A DNA stretch of 62,575 nt from Bacteroidales bacterium (lineage in GTDB: Bacteria > Bacteroidota > Bacteroidia > Bacteroidales > PUMT01). Under the pieces are notes generated by a model. That model searched no databases. It had not been told where the DNA came from and was given only the letters and a program-made list of their open reading frames with translations. Below, piece by piece: positions 1 through 8,181 of this stretch (position 1 is its first letter; every line of letters starts with the position of its first letter). The stretch lies in the NCBI GenBank assembly GCA_007133565.1, contig SLMM01000051.1:1-62575 (forward strand), in the 5' to 3' direction. The position numbers and the translations under genes were made by a program.

Positions 1-691
1 GCCCCTCGCTGATCGTAGCCTTTGTAACCGGCAGGTACCTTGCCGTGGGAATGCCATATTTCTTCATGAACTGCTTGGCAAACGCCTTGCTCCCCTCAAG
101 CAGCGCCCCCACGCTGTCAGGACCGATCACCAAAATGTCAGCCAGGGGGTTGGTGGACCCTTCCTTGTCCTTCACCGATTTTTTCGATTTCTTACCAACA
201 GGTCCCGCCATCTCCCCTTTCCCTTCCATTGCCGCAGTTCCTTTCATACCGTTACCGTCAGTCTTACTGCCTTTTTTTTCGCCGCCCTGGCTGCCAGACT
301 GGCTGTCTTCTCCGTCGCCTCCTTTACCGCCAGCCCCGCCGTCATTTCTGTCGCCCCCGCTTTCTATGCTGCTCCCGCCACTTCCGTTGCCTCCGGTATT
401 GCGGCTCTTGTCCCCGTTATTATCTGAAAGGTCCCTTACACCCGTAAAATGGTCTTTGATCCCCCTTACCAGCGGCTCTTCAGGGCCCACCACCACTATC
501 TCTATGTTGTTTTCAAGGCAGAACCCGCCTATCGCCTCAAAATCATTAACCTGCAGGTTGACATTCTGCCCATGCGACAGCGTACCCGCATTACCCGGGG
601 CGATGAAAAGCTTATCAAGAAGTTTGCTTTGCGATAATTTCCATGCCAGCGCATGTTCCCTCCCTCCGGAGCCTAAGATCAGTACGTTCAT
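1..691 (-). CDS. purD: phosphoribosylamine--glycine ligase (PurD), 5' part. The gene runs off the window start. It carries a ~98-aa low-complexity insertion.
   Basis: Manual reverse translation from the ATG at 691-689 gives MNVLILGSGGREHALAWKLSQS..FIAPGNAGT..VVVGPEEPLVRGIKDHF...ILVIGPDSVGALLEGSKAFAKQFMKKYGIPTARY. The frame stays open to position 1. It is absent from the ORF track because it is open at the window edge. Confidence 0.9.
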   Translation of the reverse strand, partial: MNVLILGSGGREHALAWKLSQSKLLDKLFIAPGNAGTLSHGQNVNLQVNDFEAIGGFCLENNIEIVVVGPEEPLVRGIKDHFTGVRDLSDNNGDKSRNTGGNGSGGSSIESGGDRNDGGAGGKGGDGEDSQSGSQGGEKKGSKTDGNGMKGTAAMEGKGEMAGPVGKKSKKSVKDKEGSTNPLADILVIGPDSVGALLEGSKAFAKQFMKKYGIPTARYLPVTKATISEG

Positions 692-1127
692 ATGGTCAGT
701 TAATATTTGTCACTGTTGCTGTATATTTCCCCGGTTTCCGGGAAGAAAAATTCAAAATATCCGTAAACTTAAAAATTTATACCATAAACGGATTAAAAAA
801 GGTAAAATTTGACGCATGAATTTACCCAACAGCCAATTGACATAATAAATTGAGTAGAAGCTGTTGTTTTAATAAAGACACAGTGAGTATTTAATCATTT
901 CTGCCTGCAACCTTTACTCCATAAATTTCGTTATTTAAATACTTGATTATCTATCTTTACCAAAAAATTACTTTCAAATTAGTCATAAATAATAAAATAC
1001 TGTATTTTTATAATTTAACACTATTGCTGATGTAGACTTCCGGAACCAGTTTGAGGGAACAACTTTTATCACCCTTGCCAATGCCCCGGATACTTTAGGA
1101 ATTCGGCAAGGTTTAAATTTATACCAT

Positions 1128-4100
1128 ATGAAGCAGATATACATTTCGTTACTCTTAATATTTTCATTCTTTCTTCAGCCCGTTCTTGGTCAGCCGGATT
1201 TCCCCGGTGACTGGTCTGTTAAGGTGAGGATAGAGTTAGACTCCGACAAGATCAACTCTACTCTGACAGATTTCCCCGTTGCTGTATTTCTTGATAACAC
1301 CAATTTTGATTTCAGTTCAGCCCGGCCTGACGGGCGTGATGTGCGCTTCACCGCTGCCGACGGCACTACAAAACTCACCTTTGAGCGTGAACTGCATGAC
1401 AATACAGGTGAACAGGCTGTCTACTGGGTAAAGATCCCGTCAGTCAGTTCATCAGAGAACACGGTTTTTTACCTGTTTTATGGGAACAGCGATGCCTCGG
1501 ATGCTGCAAGCACTGACGGAACGGTCTGGAGCAAAGACACCCGGCGCGGAGGTGTGTGGCACATGGAGCATATGGCTGACAACGGAAGCTGGCTCATCGA
1601 AGACAGCAGGCACAACAATGAGGGCAACAAGGTATCTGAGACCAGTCCGGGACAAGTAGCCGGTTTGATTGGCAAAGCCCAGGAGTTTGACGGTATTGAT
1701 GATAGAATCACAGTTTTTCATTCAACAGGGCCCGGAGGCATTCAATTTACTTCAGAAGTCACGTTAAGTGCCTGGGTAAAGCCCGAAATCGGGGCTCCCT
1801 TGCTTGATAATGTAGAAGGCGCTGTTGCAGCATATAGTCTTAGGAAGCTACAGAACAACTATTCAGGGTCGGCAATCAGCGTAAGGCGATCAAGTGACAA
1901 TTTAGAAATTGATATAGGTTTTGACATTCATGGAAACCTTGATGTGGCCGCCCTGCTGGACCATGTGGGTAGCGGAAGCTCAGACAACGGGTTCGTTGTT
2001 ACATGGTATGACCAGAGTGGCAGTGACTATAACGTGACACAAGCGATCCATGGCAGTCAGCCTGTGATTGTACAGGATGGAGAAGTGGTATTATCAGACG
2101 GGATACCCATGGTCAGGTTTGATAATGATTTCCTGAATGGCAGTTTGGATATGGGATCACAGTATCCTGATGCAACGCTGAATGCGGTTTGGAGGCAGAC
2201 GAGTGACGGTAATTCAGAGGTACCGGTATTCATCGGGGAGAATAATGCTGAAAAAGGATTACGAATAGGATACTTCTATTTTCCTGCTTCACAACCATGG
2301 TTAGAGCCAACCAGATTTAACGTCATTGAGTTATGGCAATATGATTTTGCTACTATTAGTGGGTTTTCCTCAAATCTTAAAATTCAAACCGGTACATACG
2401 ACAACATTGGTGCAGGAAACTCTGAGATGCAGGTGTTTATTGATGGTGTCGGCTCAACTGCAAAGACTGATGCAGGACAGTTTGATGCTGGGGACGGTTA
2501 TGCAAATACTCCAATTACCATTGGTGCAAATGCGGATGGCTCGGATTACCTCCAGGATGCATATGTTGCTGAGATTATTGTTTATGGTCAGGTCCTTTCT
2601 GCTCAAAATCGTGAGTTACTTGAAAACAACCAGATGGCATGTTACGGGCTTCAATCACCAGTGATTGCAGGCAAAGGGCGTGATGCATATCAGTTGGAGA
2701 TTTGTAACAGCTTGTTCGTTGGTTATATCAATGGCGATACCATTACGGCACAGGCGACGTTCAGTCAATACCAGCATGTTGTAATGACCTATGACCAGTC
2801 CAGCCTGAAGCTATATGTGGATGGAGTCGAAGTTAACTCAAAGTCAAAAAGCGGCGCTATAAACACCAATACACAAAACTTGTATATCGGCGAAAGGTTC
2901 GCCGGCATCATTGATGAGGTCAGGGTTACCAACACAGCCAGGTTAGCTGACTGGATCGAAGCTGATTATCACAGTGGGCTCAATGATCTTCTGGGCTTCG
3001 ACCGTTCAGGATTTTCTGTTGAGCATCCGGGCAAACAAATTAAGGATGCTGAATTTAACCTTCTAATTAGTAATGCAAGAGATGAATCTGGAGATCTTAT
3101 TAACGGCAGCATTAATGTAACAATAAGCAGTAACCAAACAGAAGGTGAAGTCCACAATGAGGTTGTTCCATTTACCAGTGGAGCGGCTGAAGTTCCGGTT
3201 ACCTTAACTACAGTTGACTTTCATGATCTGACTGTTGCGGTGGCAGGGGTTTTAACACCGGTAATTTTAGTCGGCGTTGAAGTTCTGGACGAAGATATGT
3301 CAGGTTTTAATCTGTCTGTTACACCTGCTGGAGATCAGATTACAGGAGATCCTTTCACACTAGTTATAACCAATGCAAAAGATCCTTACGGTGATGATCT
3401 GGAAGGAGATGCAAATGTAATTATTACAAGCAGTGAAGAAGGGGAGATCTTTAATGGGATCAGGTCATTCAATGAAGGCGGTGCGCAGCGTAATATTACG
3501 CTTTATGTTGCTGCAGAACACATATTAACCGTTAATATTGAGGGGATAACTCAAGACGAAACAATTAGTGTTCAGGTAAATGCAGTAGCCAGCAATATTG
3601 TATTTATAACAGATGAGTTGAGTATAATAGCAGGTGGAATTTCGGACTTAATTACTGTTCAATTACAGGATGCATCTGGAAATCAGGCTGTAAGTGCTAC
3701 GGATATAACTATTGAACTGGCTAGTGATTCTGACGGTGCTTTTTTGGAAGGCGAGCTGGAAATTGGAGAGATTATTATCCCGGCTGGTACAACGGAGGTA
3801 AGTTTCAGGTATACATCAACCTTAGCTGGTGTTCATGAACTTTCAGCAGAAGATGCTGCTGAAACACTGACAGGTGACACACAGAACCTGATGGTTGATC
3901 CGGCTGCCGCTGCCAGCATTCTTTTCACCACTGTTGAGCAGACCATTACTGCCGGTGAGACATCTGAAGTCATTACGGTTCAGCTGGAGGATGAATATGG
4001 AAATGTGGCAGGGAGTTCAGGTGAGACAACGATCAACCTGAGTTCTGATTTATCCGGGACATTCCTCAATGTGGCTGACGATGACGACATCACCTTTGTC

Positions 4101-7013
4101 ACGATTCCAGATGCAGGTTCGGAGGCAAGCTTCCGGTATACCTCGACAGTTGCCGGAATACATGAACTTTCTGCAGTTGATGATGCAACAGAAAATCCCT
4201 TGACAGGTGACACTCAGGACCTGACGGTAAACCCGGCCGCTCCTGCTGCAATTGTGTTTGCATCGGATCCAAGGACCATCACCGCCGGTGAGACTTCCGA
4301 TATTATTGCTGTCCAGTTACAGGATGAATTTGGCAATGAAGTGTTCAGCAGCGGTACAACGACTATCGACCTTGCATCTGATCTTGGCGGCACATTCCGT
4401 GATAAGGATGACACCGGGGATATAACCTTTATTGAGATAGCCGATACAGAATCTGAGGCGAGTTTCCTTTATACCTCTACTGTTGTTGGGACTCATGAAC
4501 TTTCGGCAAATGATGCTGCTACAGAAGGCCCCCTGACAGGTGATACTCAGAACCTGGAAGTAGAACCGGCCGCTCCTGCTGCGATTGTGTTTACTACGGC
4601 TGAAAGGACTATTACCGCTGGTGAGGTTTCAGAAGTAATTACCATTCAGTTGCGGGATGAATTCGGAAACGAAGCATTCAGCAGCGGACCAACCACTGTC
4701 AACCTCACTTCGGATCAGGCCGCGACGTTCCGTGATGAGGATGATGATTTGCAGGTTATAACATCAGTTGAAATTGCCGATGCGGCATCTGAGGCAAGTT
4801 TCAAGTACACCTCGACAGTTGCCGGAGTGCATGAACTTTCGGCGGATGATGATGCGGCGTCACTAACCGGCGGCACGCAGGATCTGACCGTTGATCCCGA
4901 TGCACCTGATAAGATTGTATTCATTACAGAAGAACAAATTGTACAGATAAATCTGGCTTCGGAGGTAATTACAGTACAGCTTCAGGATCAGTATGACAAC
5001 ATCGCATTCAGTGACGGTGTGACCACCATCGACCTCGGATCAGATCTGGACGGTGATTTCAGGGATGTAGCCAACACAGTCACAATTACCGACTTAGAAA
5101 TTGCCGACCAGGAGTCAGAGGCCAGCTTCCGGTTCAGACCCACCGCCGAAGGCACGCACACCCTTTCAGCAGGGGATGCCGCCTTAGCGCTGACCGGTGA
5201 CACACAGGAGCTGATTGCGATAGGTGTCTATGTTTTTTTTGAAAGCGGCGACTGGAATAATGAAGATAGTTGGGAAGGTGGTACCATACCTCCCGAGGGT
5301 TCACGAGTTATAATAGAATCGGGGATACTTGCAGGGATTGATTCTGATGATATTACAGTACTTTATCTTGAAATTTACGGAATTCTAAATTATTCAACGG
5401 GGAGTTCTTTGACGGTTAAGAATAATGGAAGGATTACCGTTGAGAGTGTTGGGCAACTTCTTGCGGGTTCAGGCACGCTTGTGATTGATGATAATGCACA
5501 GTTGTTAATCAAACCGGGAGGCCTGGTAACTTCTTCCGGGACATTGACAAACAATGCGGGAACGGATGGATTGATAATTGAATCGGCAGCAGGTACAACC
5601 GGGTCTCTTATAGTCAACAGCACTGGTGTTGATGCAACGGTTCAGCGATATGTCACCGGCAATGAGTGGCATGTTTTCGGGGCACCTGTTTCGGGCATGA
5701 CCATAGGGGAGTTTCTTACCGGTAATGACGAAGAAAATGACATTTTCTACAACAGCTCACAGGATGTCCACGCCATGACCCATTACGATGAGACCATTTC
5801 CCCCAACGGAAGCTGGGCTCCCTATTACGGACCGGCAGACCATTCTACGCTGCTGCAGTCCGGCAGGTCATATTTAATAAGGAAAAGGACTGACGGGGTG
5901 CTTTATTTCCGTGGAGAACTGGTCCCCTCAATATCAGGTTTAGGAATACCGCGGACGGTGAGCGGCTGGCACAGCCTGGGTAACCCTTTTACATCTGCCT
6001 TAAGGATACGCGGCGATAATACAAACAGATTTTTGTATCATAATGCAGTGATAAATGAGAACCTTGATCCTGATTATGCGGTTCTTTATATTTATGACCC
6101 TGCCAATCCAAGTATGTACAGCATAATTAGCAATAGCCAGTCCATAGATCCCCCGAGAAGACCAGTGATCAACCAGAATAATGTACAGTCCGGACAGGGT
6201 TTCCTGGTTAGGGCTAAGGAAAATTCATCTACAGTTAACTTCACCACAGGAATGAGAGGTCACTCAACAGGAACCACATTCTTCAAAAAATCAACCGGCG
6301 GAGAAGAGGAGGAGGAAAAAGAGGAGTACTGGCCGACGCTGATACTTAATGTAAGCAACGACAGCAAGGAAGCGTTCACGACAATTGCTTTCAATGAAAA
6401 TATGACTACCGGGCTGGATGTGACGTATGATGCCGGACTGCTGGGCGGCGAACGTGCCTTCAAGCTTTATACCAGGCTGGTGGAAGATGATAACGGGGTC
6501 AACTTTGCCATACAGTGTCTTCCTGACTATAGTCCCGAAAACCTGGTGATTCCTGTGGGTTTTGATTTCAGCGCAGGCGGACAGGCACGGTTCTCGACCG
6601 ATGTGTTTGTGCTGCCGGACGGTGCGAAAGCTTACCTGGAGGACAGGTTGCTGGAAGTGTTCACTGATCTGGGTGAAGAGGATTATGTTGTTGACCTTCC
6701 CTCAGGAACTGAGGGTACAGGAAGATTCTTCGTGCATGTCGATTTCCAGGTCACCTCAACGGAAGAGATTTTGAAACCTGCTGAGGGATTACTGGATATA
6801 TACTCATATGGCAATGAGGTATTTATCAGGGGGCTGGTTGAACATGAAACTGACGCTGTTGTTTATGATATTATGGGAAGGAAAATAAAAACAGTCAGGT
6901 TGCAGCCTGCCGAAATGAACTCATTCATGATGGAAGGACACGGCAGGGGTGTATACCTGATACATGTTATCGGAAACGATATTCATCAGACAAAAAGAGT
7001 GTATATTGATTAG
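1128..7013 (+). CDS. giant T9SS-secreted surface/adhesin-like protein: signal peptide, DUF2341, a split LamG, Ig-like repeats, a beta-helix-like region and a T9SS C-terminal sorting domain
   Basis: N-terminal signal MKQIYISLLLIFSFFLQPVLGQ. DUF2341-like DFPVAVFL..DGRDVRFTAADGT..YWVKIP..FYLFYGNSDA. LamG-like GKAQEFDGIDDRITV..VTLSAWVKP, resuming at ..HVVMTYDQSSLKLYVDGVEV..IDEVRV. Five ~110-aa repeats. The C-terminus (..VYDIMGRKIKTVRL..GVYLIHVIGNDIHQTKRVYID) is typical of Por_Secre_tail sorting domains. Confidence 0.85.
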   Translation: MKQIYISLLLIFSFFLQPVLGQPDFPGDWSVKVRIELDSDKINSTLTDFPVAVFLDNTNFDFSSARPDGRDVRFTAADGTTKLTFERELHDNTGEQAVYWVKIPSVSSSENTVFYLFYGNSDASDAASTDGTVWSKDTRRGGVWHMEHMADNGSWLIEDSRHNNEGNKVSETSPGQVAGLIGKAQEFDGIDDRITVFHSTGPGGIQFTSEVTLSAWVKPEIGAPLLDNVEGAVAAYSLRKLQNNYSGSAISVRRSSDNLEIDIGFDIHGNLDVAALLDHVGSGSSDNGFVVTWYDQSGSDYNVTQAIHGSQPVIVQDGEVVLSDGIPMVRFDNDFLNGSLDMGSQYPDATLNAVWRQTSDGNSEVPVFIGENNAEKGLRIGYFYFPASQPWLEPTRFNVIELWQYDFATISGFSSNLKIQTGTYDNIGAGNSEMQVFIDGVGSTAKTDAGQFDAGDGYANTPITIGANADGSDYLQDAYVAEIIVYGQVLSAQNRELLENNQMACYGLQSPVIAGKGRDAYQLEICNSLFVGYINGDTITAQATFSQYQHVVMTYDQSSLKLYVDGVEVNSKSKSGAINTNTQNLYIGERFAGIIDEVRVTNTARLADWIEADYHSGLNDLLGFDRSGFSVEHPGKQIKDAEFNLLISNARDESGDLINGSINVTISSNQTEGEVHNEVVPFTSGAAEVPVTLTTVDFHDLTVAVAGVLTPVILVGVEVLDEDMSGFNLSVTPAGDQITGDPFTLVITNAKDPYGDDLEGDANVIITSSEEGEIFNGIRSFNEGGAQRNITLYVAAEHILTVNIEGITQDETISVQVNAVASNIVFITDELSIIAGGISDLITVQLQDASGNQAVSATDITIELASDSDGAFLEGELEIGEIIIPAGTTEVSFRYTSTLAGVHELSAEDAAETLTGDTQNLMVDPAAAASILFTTVEQTITAGETSEVITVQLEDEYGNVAGSSGETTINLSSDLSGTFLNVADDDDITFVTIPDAGSEASFRYTSTVAGIHELSAVDDATENPLTGDTQDLTVNPAAPAAIVFASDPRTITAGETSDIIAVQLQDEFGNEVFSSGTTTIDLASDLGGTFRDKDDTGDITFIEIADTESEASFLYTSTVVGTHELSANDAATEGPLTGDTQNLEVEPAAPAAIVFTTAERTITAGEVSEVITIQLRDEFGNEAFSSGPTTVNLTSDQAATFRDEDDDLQVITSVEIADAASEASFKYTSTVAGVHELSADDDAASLTGGTQDLTVDPDAPDKIVFITEEQIVQINLASEVITVQLQDQYDNIAFSDGVTTIDLGSDLDGDFRDVANTVTITDLEIADQESEASFRFRPTAEGTHTLSAGDAALALTGDTQELIAIGVYVFFESGDWNNEDSWEGGTIPPEGSRVIIESGILAGIDSDDITVLYLEIYGILNYSTGSSLTVKNNGRITVESVGQLLAGSGTLVIDDNAQLLIKPGGLVTSSGTLTNNAGTDGLIIESAAGTTGSLIVNSTGVDATVQRYVTGNEWHVFGAPVSGMTIGEFLTGNDEENDIFYNSSQDVHAMTHYDETISPNGSWAPYYGPADHSTLLQSGRSYLIRKRTDGVLYFRGELVPSISGLGIPRTVSGWHSLGNPFTSALRIRGDNTNRFLYHNAVINENLDPDYAVLYIYDPANPSMYSIISNSQSIDPPRRPVINQNNVQSGQGFLVRAKENSSTVNFTTGMRGHSTGTTFFKKSTGGEEEEEKEEYWPTLILNVSNDSKEAFTTIAFNENMTTGLDVTYDAGLLGGERAFKLYTRLVEDDNGVNFAIQCLPDYSPENLVIPVGFDFSAGGQARFSTDVFVLPDGAKAYLEDRLLEVFTDLGEEDYVVDLPSGTEGTGRFFVHVDFQVTSTEEILKPAEGLLDIYSYGNEVFIRGLVEHETDAVVYDIMGRKIKTVRLQPAEMNSFMMEGHGRGVYLIHVIGNDIHQTKRVYID
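3576..5220 (+). repeat. five tandem ~330-bp (106-111 codon) coding repeats (Ig-like/Big-type modules) inside the T9SS protein
   Basis: Repeat starts read at 3576 (VNAVASNIVF), 3894 (VDPAAAASILF), 4227 (VNPAAPAAIVF), 4560 (VEPAAPAAIVF) and 4890 (VDPDAPDKIVF). Each contains ITAGE.SEVITVQL.DE.GN...SEASF.YTSTVAGxHELSA.D...LTGDTQ.L. Confidence 0.85.
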
Positions 7014-7041
7014 AAGGATTTGAAGATCAGTTGGAAAGTTA

Positions 7042-7049
7042 TAAATTTG
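7042..7049 (+). promoter_or_regulatory. candidate Bacteroidota sigma-A -7 box (TAAATTTG = TAnnTTTG)
   Basis: Exact TAnnTTTG match 21 nt upstream of the ATG at 7071, in the 57-nt gap after the adhesin stop. Confidence 0.4.
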
Positions 7050-7070
7050 TATTCTGGAATTTGAATTATC

Positions 7071-7271
7071 ATGGAAAAGGGAAAAAAAGCTGCTGGATAT
7101 AATAAGAATAAAGTAGAGAAAATATCCAGGAAGAAAGCTATAAAGAAGGTTGGTTATGCTGCATTTTCTGCTGCAACCATGATGTTTTTACTAAATGACC
7201 CTGCCAAAGCAGGTAATAATGATTCACCAGTCCTACCGCCTGATTGGGGTGAAGGTGATGGCTGGGGCTGA
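7071..7271 (+). CDS. hypothetical small membrane-anchored protein (66 aa)
   Basis: ATG-initiated ORF with its own -7 box and two downstream hairpins. Lys-rich N-terminus (MEKGKKAAGYNKNKVEKISRKKAIKK), one hydrophobic segment (VGYAAFSAATMMFLL), and an acidic Trp/Gly tail (PPDWGEGDGWG). I do not recognise a family. Confidence 0.5.
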   Translation: MEKGKKAAGYNKNKVEKISRKKAIKKVGYAAFSAATMMFLLNDPAKAGNNDSPVLPPDWGEGDGWG

Positions 7272-7339
7272 TTTTGATCGATCTTTACAAGTACTATCTG
7301 ACGGGTATTACTTTTGTGAATATTAATTTGTAGATTTTC

Positions 7340-7363
7340 AGAGATGGTGCCGGCACCATCTCT
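7340..7363. repeat. 24-bp perfect palindrome AGAGATGGTGCC|GGCACCATCTCT (hairpin or dimeric protein site)
   Basis: Read directly. The 12-nt arms are exact reverse complements with no spacer. It lies in the convergent intergenic region between the 66-aa gene and the deacetylase gene. Confidence 0.6.
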
Positions 7364-7385
7364 ACCAACCAGAATAATAATAATT

Positions 7386-7414
7386 AAGGGGATGATAGCT
7401 GCATCCCCTTTTTG
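7386..7414 (+). terminator. rho-independent terminator-like hairpin (possibly bidirectional)
   Basis: Stem AAGGGGATG (7386-7394) / CATCCCCTT (7402-7410), 7-nt loop, then TTTG. AT-rich sequence flanks it on the other side. It lies between convergent genes. Confidence 0.6.
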
Positions 7415-7464
7415 CATTATAAGTGGAATATTGTTCTTATGGTGATGGTCTCATTGTTTACAGG

Positions 7465-8145
7465 TTATTGTAGCATCTGAAAGCTGGGTATTTCTGAAAA
7501 CACATATTGTTGCCTTGTAGTATTTTGGATTTTCTCTGTCAGCATATGTGCCTTGTCAACGGTGCCGGGAGTATCATGCATCACCAGGATATCGCCGGGG
7601 CGGATGCCGGCGTGGTTGGTGGTGGCGGGGTTGAAGCCGGGGTGGTAGTCGGGGAATAGGCGGGTCCACATAATAATATTATATCTCTTTTTAAGCTTCT
7701 GGTACTGGCCGGGGGTGAGGCGGCCGTAAGGGGGGCGGAAGAGGTTTGTGTCTATCACCCCGGCGGCGCGGTCGACATCGGCGAGGTAATTCCTGGTTGT
7801 GGTGCGCCAGCCGTTGGGATGGGACCACGAGTGGTTGCCGGTGGAATGGCCGGCTGCAATGATCTGCTCGTATAGGCCGGGGTACTTCTCAACGTTTTGC
7901 CCGAGGCAGAAGAAGGTTGCTTTTGCTTCGTGTTTTGCCAGCAGCTCGAGGAGGCGGGGGGTGCTTTCGGGATGGGGGCCGTCGTCGAAGGTGAGGTACA
8001 CGGCTCCGTCATCAGGGGGCATGGTGAAGCGGGCGCCGGGGAAGAGCTGGCCGGCCAGGGTTGCTCCTTTTCTTGCTATGCTGGTTCGTAGTGTCACGCG
8101 ATTGAGGGTTTCTTCCTTATGCTGCATGGTTATCAGCGATTGCAA
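7465..8145 (-). CDS. polysaccharide deacetylase (NodB homology domain) family protein
   Basis: VYLTFDDGPHPESTPRLLELLAKHEAKATFFCLG...GHSTGNHSWSHP matches the NodB motifs (TFDDG, H-x-x-x-H). Confidence 0.85.
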   Translation of the reverse strand: MQSLITMQHKEETLNRVTLRTSIARKGATLAGQLFPGARFTMPPDDGAVYLTFDDGPHPESTPRLLELLAKHEAKATFFCLGQNVEKYPGLYEQIIAAGHSTGNHSWSHPNGWRTTTRNYLADVDRAAGVIDTNLFRPPYGRLTPGQYQKLKKRYNIIMWTRLFPDYHPGFNPATTNHAGIRPGDILVMHDTPGTVDKAHMLTEKIQNTTRQQYVFSEIPSFQMLQ

Positions 8146-8181
8146 TATCCGGAAGCTGGCAAGTTAGGAATTTTTATTTTC

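Noticed and set aside
45-812. 255-aa + strand ORF rich in Pro/Ser/Leu, plus nested ORFs 229..447 and 449..637.
   Set aside because: It is the antisense mirror of purD and its Gly/Ser/Asp-rich insertion. The minus strand gives an unmistakable PurD sequence, and the + frame has no recognisable motif and extreme composition.
3000-5300. Regularly spaced ~330-bp repeats that could superficially suggest a CRISPR-like or satellite array.
   Set aside because: The units are contiguous with no spacers, lie in one long open frame, and translate to Ig-like modules. No short palindromic repeats or cas genes are present.
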